The notes under the pieces: generated by a model
The model's input: only the letters and a program-made list of their open reading frames with translations
What the model was told of the DNA's origin: nothing
The model's database searches: none
Assembly: GCA_003427395.1 (NCBI GenBank)
Contig: BFEA01000008.1
Location: 5,570,925 to 5,634,924 of the forward strand
DNA: 64,000 bases
From: Chara braunii
Taxonomy: Eukaryota > Plantae > Charophyceae
Direction: 5' to 3'
Shown: positions 26,500-38,500 of the stretch, one piece after another
Position numbering within the stretch: position 1 is the stretch's first letter
Layout of the letters: each line of letters starts with the position of its first letter
Made by a program: the position numbers and the translations under genes

Positions 26500-26736
26500 C
26501 GGTGCTTCCATTGTAATATTGGTTTTTCCAAGACTGGTAAGTGTAGACAAGAATTTCACTTTATCGCCAAGCTCTATCTTCGAGGATATTCTCAAATTAA
26601 TACAAATATCATGTACCAAGTTACAAATCTGTTTGGCCAAACAATAAGGTCCATTCACACCGAGAATCCAATCTTTCTCATATCGAACGTAATAGACTCG
26701 GACTTGTTCAATTATGAAATCACTACAAAAGTACAA
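26500..26736 (-). pseudogene. Degenerate group II intron RT/maturase fragment (copy 2, overlaps copy 1 in sequence)
   Basis: YVRYEKDWILGVNGP...VKFL; about 85 bp nearly identical to 26082-26167. Confidence 0.8.
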
Positions 26737-26989
26737 TAATCCAAGGCACCTAAAATGAAATATTTAATCCAGCCTCTGTAGAGAATTCAGAATTTCATTT
26801 TGATGCTGCAATAACATAAAACATAAACTTTGAAGTTCGATGGCTAAGTACATGGCAATCAAATCATAAGATGAGATCATGAAAAGCATACTACAAGTAG
26901 AGAGTAGAATTAACACCATAGATTCAAAAGCATTCAAAGTTTCACAGCGATGGGGGATCTCCTTAAATGCCTCCTGATCAGCCAGTAGT

Positions 26990-27520
26990 TCTGTAGTGAC
27001 AGACTAGTAAGTAGATTAGTATCAGGTAGTTGACAGAGGACCAATTTGAAGCCAAAGCCAAGCAAGATTGGACTGTGGGTGCACGGGCTAATAGTTACTT
27101 TATGGAAAATGTTGATCCCATCATCCAAGTCTAATTGCTCTAGGGTGATATAATGACGTAGTACATGTCGTGCCTGTTTGTTGCTATATTTAGCTTCTCT
27201 GTTCATTTTAGGGTGATTTCCTGAAGTCATTTTCAGTCCAGAAACTTCAATGTTTCTTCACTGAGGCTGCCACTGCTCAGTTGTGAACTGTCTGTCACCG
27301 TCACTTCTGATCACTTTGGGAATTCCAAAGTCTGAGACCCATTCGTTAGCAAAAGTTGTTGTCATCATATCGTTGGTCTTTGTTGCTTCAGGTAGGGTCT
27401 CAAACTGGCAAACTTTGAGCAACTGTGTATTACAAAGATATGCTGGTCCATTCCTACAGGTGATGAGTGTCCATGAACCCGACAAAAACGCTGGGAACTT
27501 TTGAGAAGGGCTTACCACTC
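26990..27520 (-). mobile_element. Retroviral-type integrase core fragment
   Basis: FANEWVSDFGIPKVIRSDGDRQFT. Confidence 0.75.
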
Positions 27521-28163
27521 TGCAATTTACCACTCAACAGTTACGAAAAATACGGACTTTAGTGATATTGTCTCATCGTCCGTGTATGTGGGGATGTCCC
27601 ATCCCTCTGGCGGAGCCATGCCTAGCGGCAAGACAGACTTGGACTTCTCCCAATTGACCTTCGCCCTGGAGAATCTGCAGAACTTCTGAAGATCGGACTT
27701 CAAGATGTTCAGCTGCTGCCCAGTGGGGGAAATAATAGCCCCGGTGTCATCAGCGAAAGCAGAGGACTTCAGCCACTGCTCGGTGCCCAGACACAGGCCT
27801 TGCAATCTTCCATCATATCTCAGAATCTCATGCAGGGCTTCAATGTAAATTACGTACAGGGCCGGAGATAGCAAACAGCCCTGTCTCACAGACCTCGTGA
27901 TTTCAATGCCCTTAGTACACCGTACCCCATTCACCTCCTGCATGAACACGTGGGCGTGCGTTAACAGATTTCTGATCCTCTGGCACGTCAGGAGGCATTG
28001 GAGGAGTCGGCGAGCGGGGGACAGCAGCTAGCGGTTGTGGTCATCGACCTTGAGAAGGCCTAGGACCAGGTCACGTGCGAGTTCCGGCTTCAGAGCATGG
28101 CGCACAGAGGCATAGGCGGTATCTTTAGAGGGTGGGTTAACGCACGCCCACGCATTCATAGGT
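27521..28163 (-). mobile_element. LINE RT fragment with inverted 5' segment
   Basis: Minus 27527..27978: RSVRQGCLLSPALY...SAFADD. Plus 27980-28163: VIDLEKA*D...HRGIGGIFRGWV. Confidence 0.85.
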
Positions 28164-28612
28164 GGTATCTTCTGAGCTTATATCCCTGAGTCGTTGTGTA
28201 CTGGACCAGGTTCATCACGCCTGTCACGTTCAAGGACCTCATCCCACGATGGCTTCCATGCCCATTCTATTGGGCCCACTTCTAGGTCTTAAATCCGAAT
28301 TGTCGAGCATCAGATATTGTAGCCCTCATCCTCTATCACCCAAAGTTTGTGGAGCAAGTGTTGCTGGACAGACACTGGGCCCTGCTGTCTCGTCTACCCC
28401 ACTTGTATTCACACCCAGATCGACTATGTTCACGAGTGTCCATTAGAAACCTGCTGCCATTCGGACCTTCTGCATTTCTGCAGGACAGCGCAGTCGAAGA
28501 TGGCTGTCTTGATTTCATGTAGCCAAATCCCCACTCTGCCACTTACCTTCTGGCCGGATTATTCAGTTCTCTGGAATATAATTAAGGTTCTCCACTAACT
28601 TATGGCATCTTC

Positions 28613-30102
28613 TTAGGTTGCATTCGTTTCTTCGCTTGCCACACGCATCCTCGACACCCCATTCGTTATGTTCTCTGCGTTCGCTTGACGCATCTGTCGC
28701 CGATATGACTCCCACACCTGCCTGCCACCTTCCTCCGATCCGGTGGCGCTTGTGTTCGCCGTCGGTGCGGCCACCCTCTGCCGCGGTGCAGCCGAAGGGG
28801 GGGGCAACGCCATCCTCACCATGTCACCAGATGATCTCACACCTCGAGAAAAGGAAGGCGACGGACGACACCCATCTGCGCTGCCACCCTGTAGAGAGGA
28901 CCATCCACCAGGCCCCACACCTCCAACCCCATGCACTATTGTTTGCCCCACGCTCACACCAGGCACTGGGTTGAATGTACGAGTGTGTGTAGCTTCTGCA
29001 GCACTCCCAACTGATAAGCCGGAATCCAAGTCCACAATCTCTGTATCGCCTCCACCGATACCGTCCTCCAGCACTGCAAAGAACGACTGACCAGTTGTCA
29101 CCACCTCCCGTTGTTTAGAATGGCTCCCCATTTAGTCCTGCGTCGATCCGCTCCCCAGAGGCAGAATGCGGGACAGATCATCCACCCATTCCTCTTTGGG
29201 ATCCGGCGGTTACAGCTGCTCGTGAGGTGGGAGATGACTGTACAAAGTCGGGTCATACGCGCCTGCACGAGGCGCCCCGCCCGACAGTTGTGAAGTGGAG
29301 TAGTCAATGGCGCGCGCCGGCTGTCTGCTGGAGGTTTCCCACCTGTCCATCGTCGTCTTCCTCACCGTTGCTCGTTTCCGTCTGCTGCGAGAACCCCACA
29401 CAACGATGCACACATGGAGCAACACGACAACTAGCAGGAGAAGAGTGGCCAGCAGGAAGAGCGGGAACCGTCGGAGGACGTCTGCCATGAATCGCAGCAC
29501 TTGAGGCGTGTACCAAATAAAGATTGCATCAATGCGCCCGACAATAGCCGACAGAACACGCTAGACAGATGACTGCAATCGGCCGACAGTGTTTCAACAT
29601 TGCCTGTAGAAAAATTCGACCGTTGGACACCACGGCCCGCGACGCGTGCACGGAAAATTCCGCTTCGTGAAGCGGCTTGCAGCTGAAGAGCTGCCCCCAC
29701 GCAGTTCCTCGCCAACGGTAACGGTGGAAGGCCATCGGGGGGCCGTCGGGTACTGGAGGACGGCAATGTCCGCCCAATGGACCACGGACGATCTGTGCAC
29801 CAACATCGACTCCAAATTCTTCTGTTGGCACTCGCTCCGGAACACTCCGTCAATCACGGCTCCTTAACCCAAGAACACTCCGTCAATCGCGGCTCCTCAA
29901 ACCCAAGAGACCTCGCGAGGACCCCTTGTATCCAAGGACGTTTTGGCTGGGGATTCTGAGGAACCCAAGGAAATCTCTCGGGAGCATTTTCACATTCATT
30001 CGAGGAATTCGGTGTCATTCAAGGAATTTGGTGAATTAGGACGCGGTGTAACGATGCCGATTTCCTAAAAATCGGATTTCCAAGGAGGGTCTAACGAGGC
30101 CC
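28613..30102 (-). mobile_element. PIF/Harbinger end fragment (Myb-ORF side)
   Basis: TIR TCTAACGAGGCCC ending at 30102 followed by TTA; YDPTLYSHLPPHEQL is homologous to HDPTLYAHLPSHEIP at about 37290; other end missing. Confidence 0.75.
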
Positions 30103-30754
30103 TTAGGGTGATTGGCTCACTGAAGCATTTTTGCAAAGTTTTTTTTTTTAATCCCTCCTTCATGGTACTTCTTCGATATCAGTCGCTGACATGAATTTAT
30201 GTGGATTGAACTCCTGGGCAGCAGACATTGGAAATCCAAAAAACGCGCATCATTTGTTGGAAACAACCCACGAAAACTGGGCGGCATCTGTTGAAAACTC
30301 AGGACAGGAAATTTTGACCAGCCTGTGTCGCACCCAGAATGCCAGAACCTTCTCTCGAGGACGCGCCATTTCAGCTGGCCTGGCGTAGCTTTTGCACTAT
30401 TCCATGAGTTCGGACAAAGCGGATGCCATGGACGATCGCAATCCAGCTGCCATAGTGGAAGCTGATTGACCAAGAGCTCCCCAACTGGTCGGGACAATGA
30501 CTGCCCCATCGAGATCCGGATACACACTTGACTTGTTTTTTTCTTTTTTTTGTCGAACTACTGGGGAAACAGCTGTCACCTACAATGACCAGGAGCTGCA
30601 AATGTTCATTCCGGGCGCTGTGCAAGCCCATTGATCTTGCCCAGGGTTGGAGCAAGGCAAAGCAAGATCATGACAGCACTGCTGCACATGTTGTCGGAGA
30701 GTCCCAACGAGTAGAGAAAAAGTAAGGGAAACATGAGTACGGACTAACTTACTA

Positions 30755-30859
30755 CCGTCTTCCCCCGAATAAAACGTACGGTCATTATAGCTGTACTTGA
30801 GGCATCTTTCAGTCTAGACACAGCTATAATGACCGTACGTTGTATTCGGGGGAAGAAGG
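30755..30859. mobile_element. 105-bp foldback MITE, TA TSD (Tc1/mariner/pogo-like)
   Basis: About 41-bp TIRs CCGTCTTCCCCCGAATA...TATAGCTGT; TA on both sides. Confidence 0.9.
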
Positions 30860-31650
30860 TAGGAAGTAGTGAGAGTGAAAGAAACAAAAAAGGATGACAA
30901 TGCAGGGCCGTGGAGGATCGAATGGACGATCTGCAGCACAAATGCAGATTGCCGCCTGAAATGGTTCTTGTCCAGTCGATGGATAGGACGTAGTGGGAGG
31001 CTAAATTGAACTGAGAGAAGAAAATCGTGTAGAAAAAATATACAACTGTCCCACATATATGAGGAGAAGACAGCTGTATCATCAAAGAAAAAAAAAAAGA
31101 AAAAAAAAAAAGGATGACACGGCAGTAACAACAGCAGCAACCATCAGGTTGCGATTCGGAGAACAAAATGGGAAGAAGAAGATAGCAAGAACAAAAAGAA
31201 AAAAGGAGCGGGAGTGTCATAAAACAACGGACAAGATTCTCAAAATCCAGCATCTCCTGGGGTGAGGTCCCACTACCAAGGACGATGGGATTGAATGCCT
31301 GAACCTGGACGTTCTTTTGTGGAGAAAATCCGAGATTGAACTGCATTTCTGCATCTCTGCTTCGAACCCATCCAGATTCCGGCGCTTAATCCAATCCTCT
31401 TTGCTGGTGGGACCTCGCCCCTGACTAGAAAAGGAACTCTGGAAAGAAAACACAAATGAAACACTCCCTAAAGCAGCAATCCATGAACTTTCAGCTCCGC
31501 TACAACGTGACCACATGGAGTTATTAACAACAAAAAAGCAAAAGGGGTGGCCGAAGAAACTGCACACACAGCAAGGTAGCCGTGTTTAACTTACAAGAAA
31601 AAAAGAGGAATGTCTGTAAATGAGACAATATTTCTCCAATTTTCTCAGAT

Positions 31651-31777
31651 ACACCTTTCTTGGCCTTTGGGCTAAGATCAAGTGTAGTGAACCTGCGGAA
31701 GGATTAAAANAAAAAAAAAAAAAAGAAAAAAAAAAAAGGACCAAGTGTAGTAACTGTTCTGAATGTTCGGATCAGTT
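31651..31777 (+). pseudogene. U2: 3'-truncated U2 snRNA retrocopy interrupted by an 18S rRNA 3'-end retrocopy
   Basis: ACACCTTTCTTGGCCTTTGGGCTAAGATCAAGTGTAGT matches U2 nt 1-38; resumes as ...AAGTGTAGTAACTGTTCT..ATCAGTT; A-rich tail; 14-bp direct repeat AGACAATATTTCTC at 31623-31636 and 31799-31812. Confidence 0.88.
31687..31737 (+). rRNA. 18S rRNA 3'-terminal fragment (18 nt) with poly(A)
   Basis: GTGAACCTGCGGAAGGAT matches the conserved SSU 3' end; about 30 A follow; flanked by a duplication of CAAGTGTAGT. Confidence 0.75.
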
Positions 31778-32410
31778 AAAAAAAGAAAATAGAGTAATAG
31801 ACAATATTTCTCTGCGTATCAAAGTTCGTCCTATTGGACGAAAGGTCGAAAGTTCACGCGGAAATATGAAGAAAAGGCCGATATAAGTAAAGACGACAAT
31901 AAACAGTGTTTCTCATTATGGATATCAAATCGGATGTGCTTTCTGAAAGATACACACGGAAAGAGAGGTAGTACTTTGTACACGACAAGCAACCATACGT
32001 GTGGATCATGTTATTTCAAATGTTTAACACGTCAATTGGAGGACTTGTATGTGACTCCCACACGTAGATGAAGATCACTACAAGAAAAGTGACAGATAAC
32101 AACACTACCGGTCCTAAATGATCAAGACTGACCTCTATAAGTGGGCAGGCATCGAAACTGCTTCCTCAAGCTTGAGTGGCGTGGAAACGGAAGTTACTTG
32201 TATTTCTGTGCATGTATTACAAAAAGTAGACAAACAATCACATCACTCCAGGGACACACCTTCATATTCCATTTTTTTCAGCACAAAACCAAGAATATAT
32301 TTGAAAGAAGAAGAAACAATAACAATGAAGACAAGCTTGCACATAGTCCCTCTGCTAATGGAGTCCAGAGTCCAGACTACTGTACTGATATCTGGGATAG
32401 GGAAAGTTTA

Positions 32411-32412
<2 letters not shown>

Positions 32413-32471
<59 letters not shown>

Positions 32472-32701
32472 NNNNNNNNNNNNNNNNNNNNNNNNNNNNN
32501 NNNNNNNNNNNNNNNNNNNNNNNNNNNNNNNNNNNNNNNNNNNNNNNNNNNNNNNNNNNNNNNNNNNNNNNNNNNNNNNNNNNNNNNNNNNNNNNNNNNN
32601 NNNNNNNNNNNNNNNNNNNNNNNNNNNNNNNNNNNNNNNNNNNNNNNNNNNNNNNNNNNNNNNNNNNNNNNNNNNNNNNNNNNNNNNNNNNNNNNNNNNN
32701 N

Positions 32702-32794
<93 letters not shown>

Positions 32795-32878
32795 TACACC
32801 TTCACAGTCACGTCCATCCCTCAGTCAATTTTCCCAACTCCGTTCTTCACCACTGTTTTATTTTCTGGGGGGACTCTC

Positions 32879-32935
<57 letters not shown>
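32413..32935. repeat. (CT)n / gap / (CT)n(CA)n microsatellites
   Basis: Direct inspection. Confidence 0.95.
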
Positions 32936-32939
<4 letters not shown>

Positions 32940-33826
32940 CGCGCACGCGAGCGCGTGCAGACACTCACTCACATACGTGCAAACTCGAAGAATATGTGCA
33001 GGAACCCCGGCCTGGAGTCCAATTGGACTTGTGCAAACTATTCATCGTCTGAAATTTCAGAACCCATGGTAAATAACTGGGAAGAACCTGACTGGTGATC
33101 GGATTATGCACACCCCTCTGGAGACGTCAACCCACTCGCCTGGGGTTTAAATCTCCTCTGATTCAATGATATCCACCAGAGACCTTAATTTCACAACCCC
33201 GAAGAAACCACGGCCAAGTACCTCCCTGGTGGCTGAAATGATACACCCCTTTTAAGCTGTTGGTGGTCCAAAAGGGTGAGAGTCCCTGTCCTGTCTGGCC
33301 TGACCTACATTTCTACTTTTCTCTTTTTGGCGGGTGGAGAAGGGCAGTTTTCAATGTGGAACAAGAGTTGGCAACAGACACAGGGTGACAGGGGTATGAG
33401 CGAGGTGGTGAAAACCGTCTGTCGCCATTCCATCTGCCTGGTGGCAGAGTGGTACACCTCTAACACTTCTGATCAACAGGTTGAGAATGACTCTGCATGA
33501 GAACTTAGAATCTTTAATCCTTCCCCCACCTTAGGGGCCTGCCCCCCTCAGAGCATCAGAAGCTGCCTGATTGATTCACAGAGGAACACTTCAAATTTTA
33601 AGCCACCACTACCTGAGTCTACCTCGTAAAATATAGGTCCAACCTCTACAGTCAGGAGGAAGGAACCATCTGTTGGATTGACCGACCGAAAAAGGCTGCG
33701 CTTCATGTCAACCAGGGCGTTCGTGGGCGGTAATCGTGATGCCGCATTCCTCCATGCTAGGATCTACCACAACTTACCAACTGGCCTAGCTCAGTTGGTA
33801 CACCTACGAACTGTTGAAATGCAGAC

Positions 33827-34227
33827 TGAAGCATGCTCATCTGAAGATGAGCGGTGTACATGTCCAAGGAGCGCCAGTGTGATGAACAGCACTCAAAACA
33901 AACGATATAATGCAATGTAGCGCAGCGGAAGACTCAAAGATATGACCTGACACTCGACTCACACAATCATCATCACACATGTCACACAGCAAGGAGGGGG
34001 GATCATACACGGAAGAAAGGCCCCTCCTTGCACACACAGATGGGGAAGAAACCACGGAGGATGAAGCGGGGGGAGGAGAGACAAAGATGGAGCGGGGAGA
34101 GAAAACAAGAGTAGAACTTGTAGTAGTCCACGAAACAGTCTCCCCGTCAAATGTCCAACCAACGTCTGTCCTCAAAAATGTCGAATCAGATCCTGGGCAC
34201 ACACACATAGCCCCAAAATAGTTGCTG

Positions 34228-34284
<57 letters not shown>

Positions 34285-35374
34285 NNNNNNNNNNNNNNNN
34301 NNNNNNNNNNNNNNNNNNNNNNNNNNNNNNNNNNNNNNNNNNNNNNNNNNNNNNNNNNNNNNNNNNNNNNNNNNNNNNNNNNNNNNNNNNNNNNNNNNNN
34401 NNNNNNNNNNNNNNNNNNNNNNNNNNNNNNNNNNNNNNNNNNNNNNNNNNNNNNNNNNNNNNNNTGAAGAAGAAGAAAAAGAGGGAGGAGGAGAAGAAGA
34501 AGAAGAATTGTGGATATGGAGGCACGGAGACGAATGATCAAGAGACGAAGGAGAAGAAGAAGAAGAACTCTCCTCTCCCGCGCGCTCCTGTTGATGATGC
34601 CACAAATACTGACCAGCGAAGGTGACAACTCCCGATGCAGGTCGCTGCTGAAGCCCGGTCCCATGACCGGTATGAAGTCTCAGCTATGGCGCCCAGGTAA
34701 GTCTCTCTCTCCCTCATGGACATGGCCTCCGCCAAACCTCTCCACTCCATCCTACTCCTCTACTCCTCTAACGCTGCTCTATCTCAGCTCTCCCCAACTG
34801 GCGCTGCTCCAGCAGCGTGATGCCCAACTGAGGCTCCAGCCCGAATGTGTCCTCAAAGTGGAGGACTGGCCCAGCTTTATACCTCTGGGCCTGGCTGAGC
34901 AGTCCTCGGCTTGCAATCACGACTCTCGGATCCGATGTCGGATCGATGGTACTCATCGCAGGCCCAAGTCCTGGTCCTACGATCCTGGCGAAAAACGGCC
35001 TGCCTGGGTCCCTACCGGACGTCCAGGCAACCCTGCTGATGCAGCAGGGCCCTGAGGACTGGGCCAGGCACAAACAGACAAATGCCTGGTCCAGTCCCAC
35101 ATACGAACAAATCTAAACCTGGCCTACAATGGCCGAAACTGAATCACCCAGCAAAAGTAATGAATGGTGAATAAAGGAGAGCACATGTCGAACCAAATGT
35201 GCGCCTAGCCTAGTAAAATGGCCGTGGGCCTCCAGGTCGCTCACCGAAAATGGGTGTGCGGCCTCAGCATGCTCCACCTGAGTTCGAAGTCCAATGGAAT
35301 CTGATGAGTGAAAATAACTCTGAATTTACCATTGGAGGGCTCGTCAGTTCAAAGATGATATCTCAAGGTCATCA
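33827..35374 (-). mobile_element. LTR related to 7937-9163, with adjacent PPT; contains (CT)n and a gap
   Basis: TG...CA ends; shared AGCGCAGCGGAAGACT block; CCCCCTTTTTTTT (PPT on minus) at 35375. A similar terminal motif occurs at 23130-23228 and 54290-54385. Confidence 0.6.
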
Positions 35375-35467
35375 CCCCCTTTTTTTTCGAAAAAAGGATC
35401 TACCATAACTTAGAGAAACAGAACCTTCTTCTTGGGCAAGTTCCATTGCCAGCCCTAGCTGTTAGGG

Positions 35468-35565
35468 CTAGGAAACAAGACGGGAGAATGCTTGGTATCC
35501 TAGGAAACAAGACGGGAGAATGCTTGGTATCCTAAGAAACAAGACGGGGGAATGCTAGGTATCCT
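35468..35565. repeat. 32-bp tandem repeat x3
   Basis: CTAGGAAACAAGACGGGAGAATGCTTGGTATC. Confidence 0.92.
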
Positions 35566-35579
35566 GGTTGCTTCACAAG

Positions 35580-38500
35580 TATTGGGGCACAGTCAATTTC
35601 TGATGAGACCTGGTGGGCAGCAGAACAGTAAGAGCTAACTTAGATATGGTTAACCATGAAAATCAAGGACAGGATCAGGCAGGCCGTACGTGTGGATTGC
35701 AATGGGCGGAGCGCAGGATATATAAGGTTGGGCACTTATGGGATGCTCAGCGGGGGGATAGGAAATCCAATAATGAAAAGATGGAGAGGTTACCCTGGCA
35801 GGCTAAATGACTCCACGGTTGCGGGAGTTGAGAGCCACAATCCCACACACCTCAATGGGTGAAAATGTTGAAGAAGGGTGGCTTGCAGGAGGGGGATTGT
35901 GTAAGGAGGAAAGGGGAGACTCTACCACGGCATGTTTATAGAAAAATAGTAAGCCACAGAATGGGTGGTGAGACCGGGGTATGAAAGGCTGCGGCTCCTG
36001 CTGGTGGGTGCCGGGCAGGATGGGCTGCCTCGCACGTGTCAGATTGAACCAGCGACTGTGGAGACAGTGTCAGTCTGTAATGGGGGCAAAAAGGGTGATG
36101 AGGACTATCTTCCTTTCAGTGTCAGCAAAGTTAGAAGAGACTTGGTACTAGACCCACAGGATTAGTACCTCCCCCCCAAGAGCTACAACAAGAAATGCAT
36201 CCCGCTGCAGCACATTACCACAACGGTGATTTACCGCTTCGTACTCCCAAAGGTGGACATCGCTGAAGAACTTCGAGATAGATGGGTTACAAGGGACTGG
36301 GTCCATCCTTCATTGGTACCCAGGTGTACGTACCACAAGTGGAGGAAGGAATGTGTGATTTTGAAGGCCCTACCTGACCAGAAGCAGGCGGGATTATTAT
36401 GGTTGATTTACCACTTAGCTGTCCCTACTGTGCAGTGGCTGGCTACTAAGGGCCTCGTTAGACACTCCTTGTCGACCCGAAATCCACAAGGAAGTGCTCG
36501 TTCCACCTGTCCTCGGGGACGATTCGCAAAAAAAAATGTGAAAACAGCACAAGGAAATTCCCTTGTGGCGTCCTTGTGGCTACAGCCAATTTTTCCTAAT
36601 CCCCAAGGGACCTCCCGAGGTCCCTCGGAGCACAAGGAAGCCCGGAATTCGGAGCGGCGAAGGCATGCGTCGACGCACAATTTCGGTTTGAGGGTGGTCC
36701 AGACGTGGTCCACAGAGCGGGAGCATGGACATCCCTGCCCTCCACCGTCTAGGCAGCACCCCAACGGCTCCAAACGGTCACCGTCCGCGTGAGGCCCCCG
36801 TCCGACGAATCAGCCGTTGCCGGCCGGTGTCATGCGGTCTGCCCCGGTGGGAGATCGTCGACAACGGTCGGAAATTCGAATGCTTTTCGTTGATGACAGG
36901 CGGATTTTGGAAGATCGTTGTTTTCGTCGGTTGTCGTCATGCCTTGCACGTCGGAGCACAGATCTTCCCTCGCTTTTTCTTCTATCGGCAGAGCTCTTCG
37001 TTGGACAGTTGACCACTGACGTGGAGCTGCTTCCCTTTCCACGGCCCTTACATGGCCGACCTGCTGCACAGGCTGCCTCTGCTACTCCTCGTCCTCGTGC
37101 TGCTTCTCATCGTTGTCTTCTTCCACGTGTGTTTGGTCGGCCTGCTCCCTGTCGCGGCTCGCAAAAGGAGATCTTCCAAGAACGGCGACAGGATGGATCG
37201 ACGACTGACCAACGGCAGACCGGCAGGCACGACAGCAGGAGCGAGCAATCGCCAACGCACTGCGGGGTCTATGGGCAAGCAAGCGCACGACCCGACGTTG
37301 TATGCTCACCTGCCTTCGCATGAGATTCCTCTGCGTCGCTTGAGGAATCACTCTGCAACCCAACATGTAGCACAGCTGAACAACAGCCTCCAAGGTCGCC
37401 ACGTAGTCGGGGCCATTGTCTGGAGCTTGCATCAATGTCCTCCATCTACGCGCGAGCAACTGCTCCTTCAGTCGTCTCAGCGCCCTCTCCTGCCGACATC
37501 GAAGAACAACGGTAGACACGGCCGCCGCCACGGCCTGCAGCTCAAGAGGCGTCAACACCGCATAACCACCCTCTCCGCCGCCCTCCATAGCCGCGGCCTG
37601 GACACGGACCCGTCGCTCCACTGCTGTGTGTGTCGTCCTTCCACACCCAACGAAGAAGCCAAAGACGCCTGTCGAAAGCTGGCCCCTTTTCTCTGGATGC
37701 AGTCCCGCAGATGGAATTGTGTTTCAATGCGTCGTCGACGTGTGCGAAGGTCGACGGCGATGGACGCACCCGACGATGCCTGCGCACTCGCAACGGCCAG
37801 GGGACGGAAGTGACACCGCCGCTGAGCCCGCTTCAGCAGTATGCCATCTTCGCACCGCCAGCCGCACGTCGTCGTCGTCGTCGCAGCCGTCATTCGGAAT
37901 TCGAATTTCAAACGTCGACGCCCCCCGGGTTAATTTTTTTTCCCGTCGCCGGCCTCATGCCGTTTCCCGCCACATGTCAGTGGACCACGACGCCTCCACA
38001 CGGACAAAAGACGGTGGACCAAGGGCGACCGACCCCACGACCACTAATTTCCGTATGAAAACGGTCGCGGGCACGCCACAAGGAAACATCCTCGGGGGAG
38101 GTCCCCCAGGATGAGTGGAACGACGCCGGATGTGGCTCAAGGAACTCGTAAGGAGCTTCTAACGACGCCCTAAGTCAGAGTCGACATAAAGAGGTGCACT
38201 GCTCAGCCCCCCGATGCAGCCAGCTGGACTTTGTTTCTCATGTCTTCGTGCACTGCCCAGCGGCGGTACTGAATTTTAGGAAATGGTGGTCATTGGAGAT
38301 GAGGGAGCCCTCTCCGTGGGTGGAAGGCCCTACCTGACCAGAAGCAGGCGGGATTATTATAGTTGATTTACCACTTAGCTGTCCCTACTGCGCAGTGGCT
38401 GGCTACTAACGGTCGACATAAAGAGGTGCACTGCTCAGCCCCGGGATGAGGCCAGGTGGACTCTATTCCTCAGGTCTTCGTGCACTGCCCAGCGGTACTC

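Larger units (their letters stand above)
25215..26740. other. Mosaic nuclear insertion of mitochondrial DNA (NUMT)
   Basis: AT-rich island containing trnH, rpl16, atp9, group II intron DV/DVI and maturase fragments in mixed orientation. Confidence 0.88.

Noticed and set aside
33785-33802. tRNA A-box-like TAGCTCAGTTGGTA
   Set aside because: No T arm or cloverleaf; the homolog at about 23085 shows it is part of a repeat
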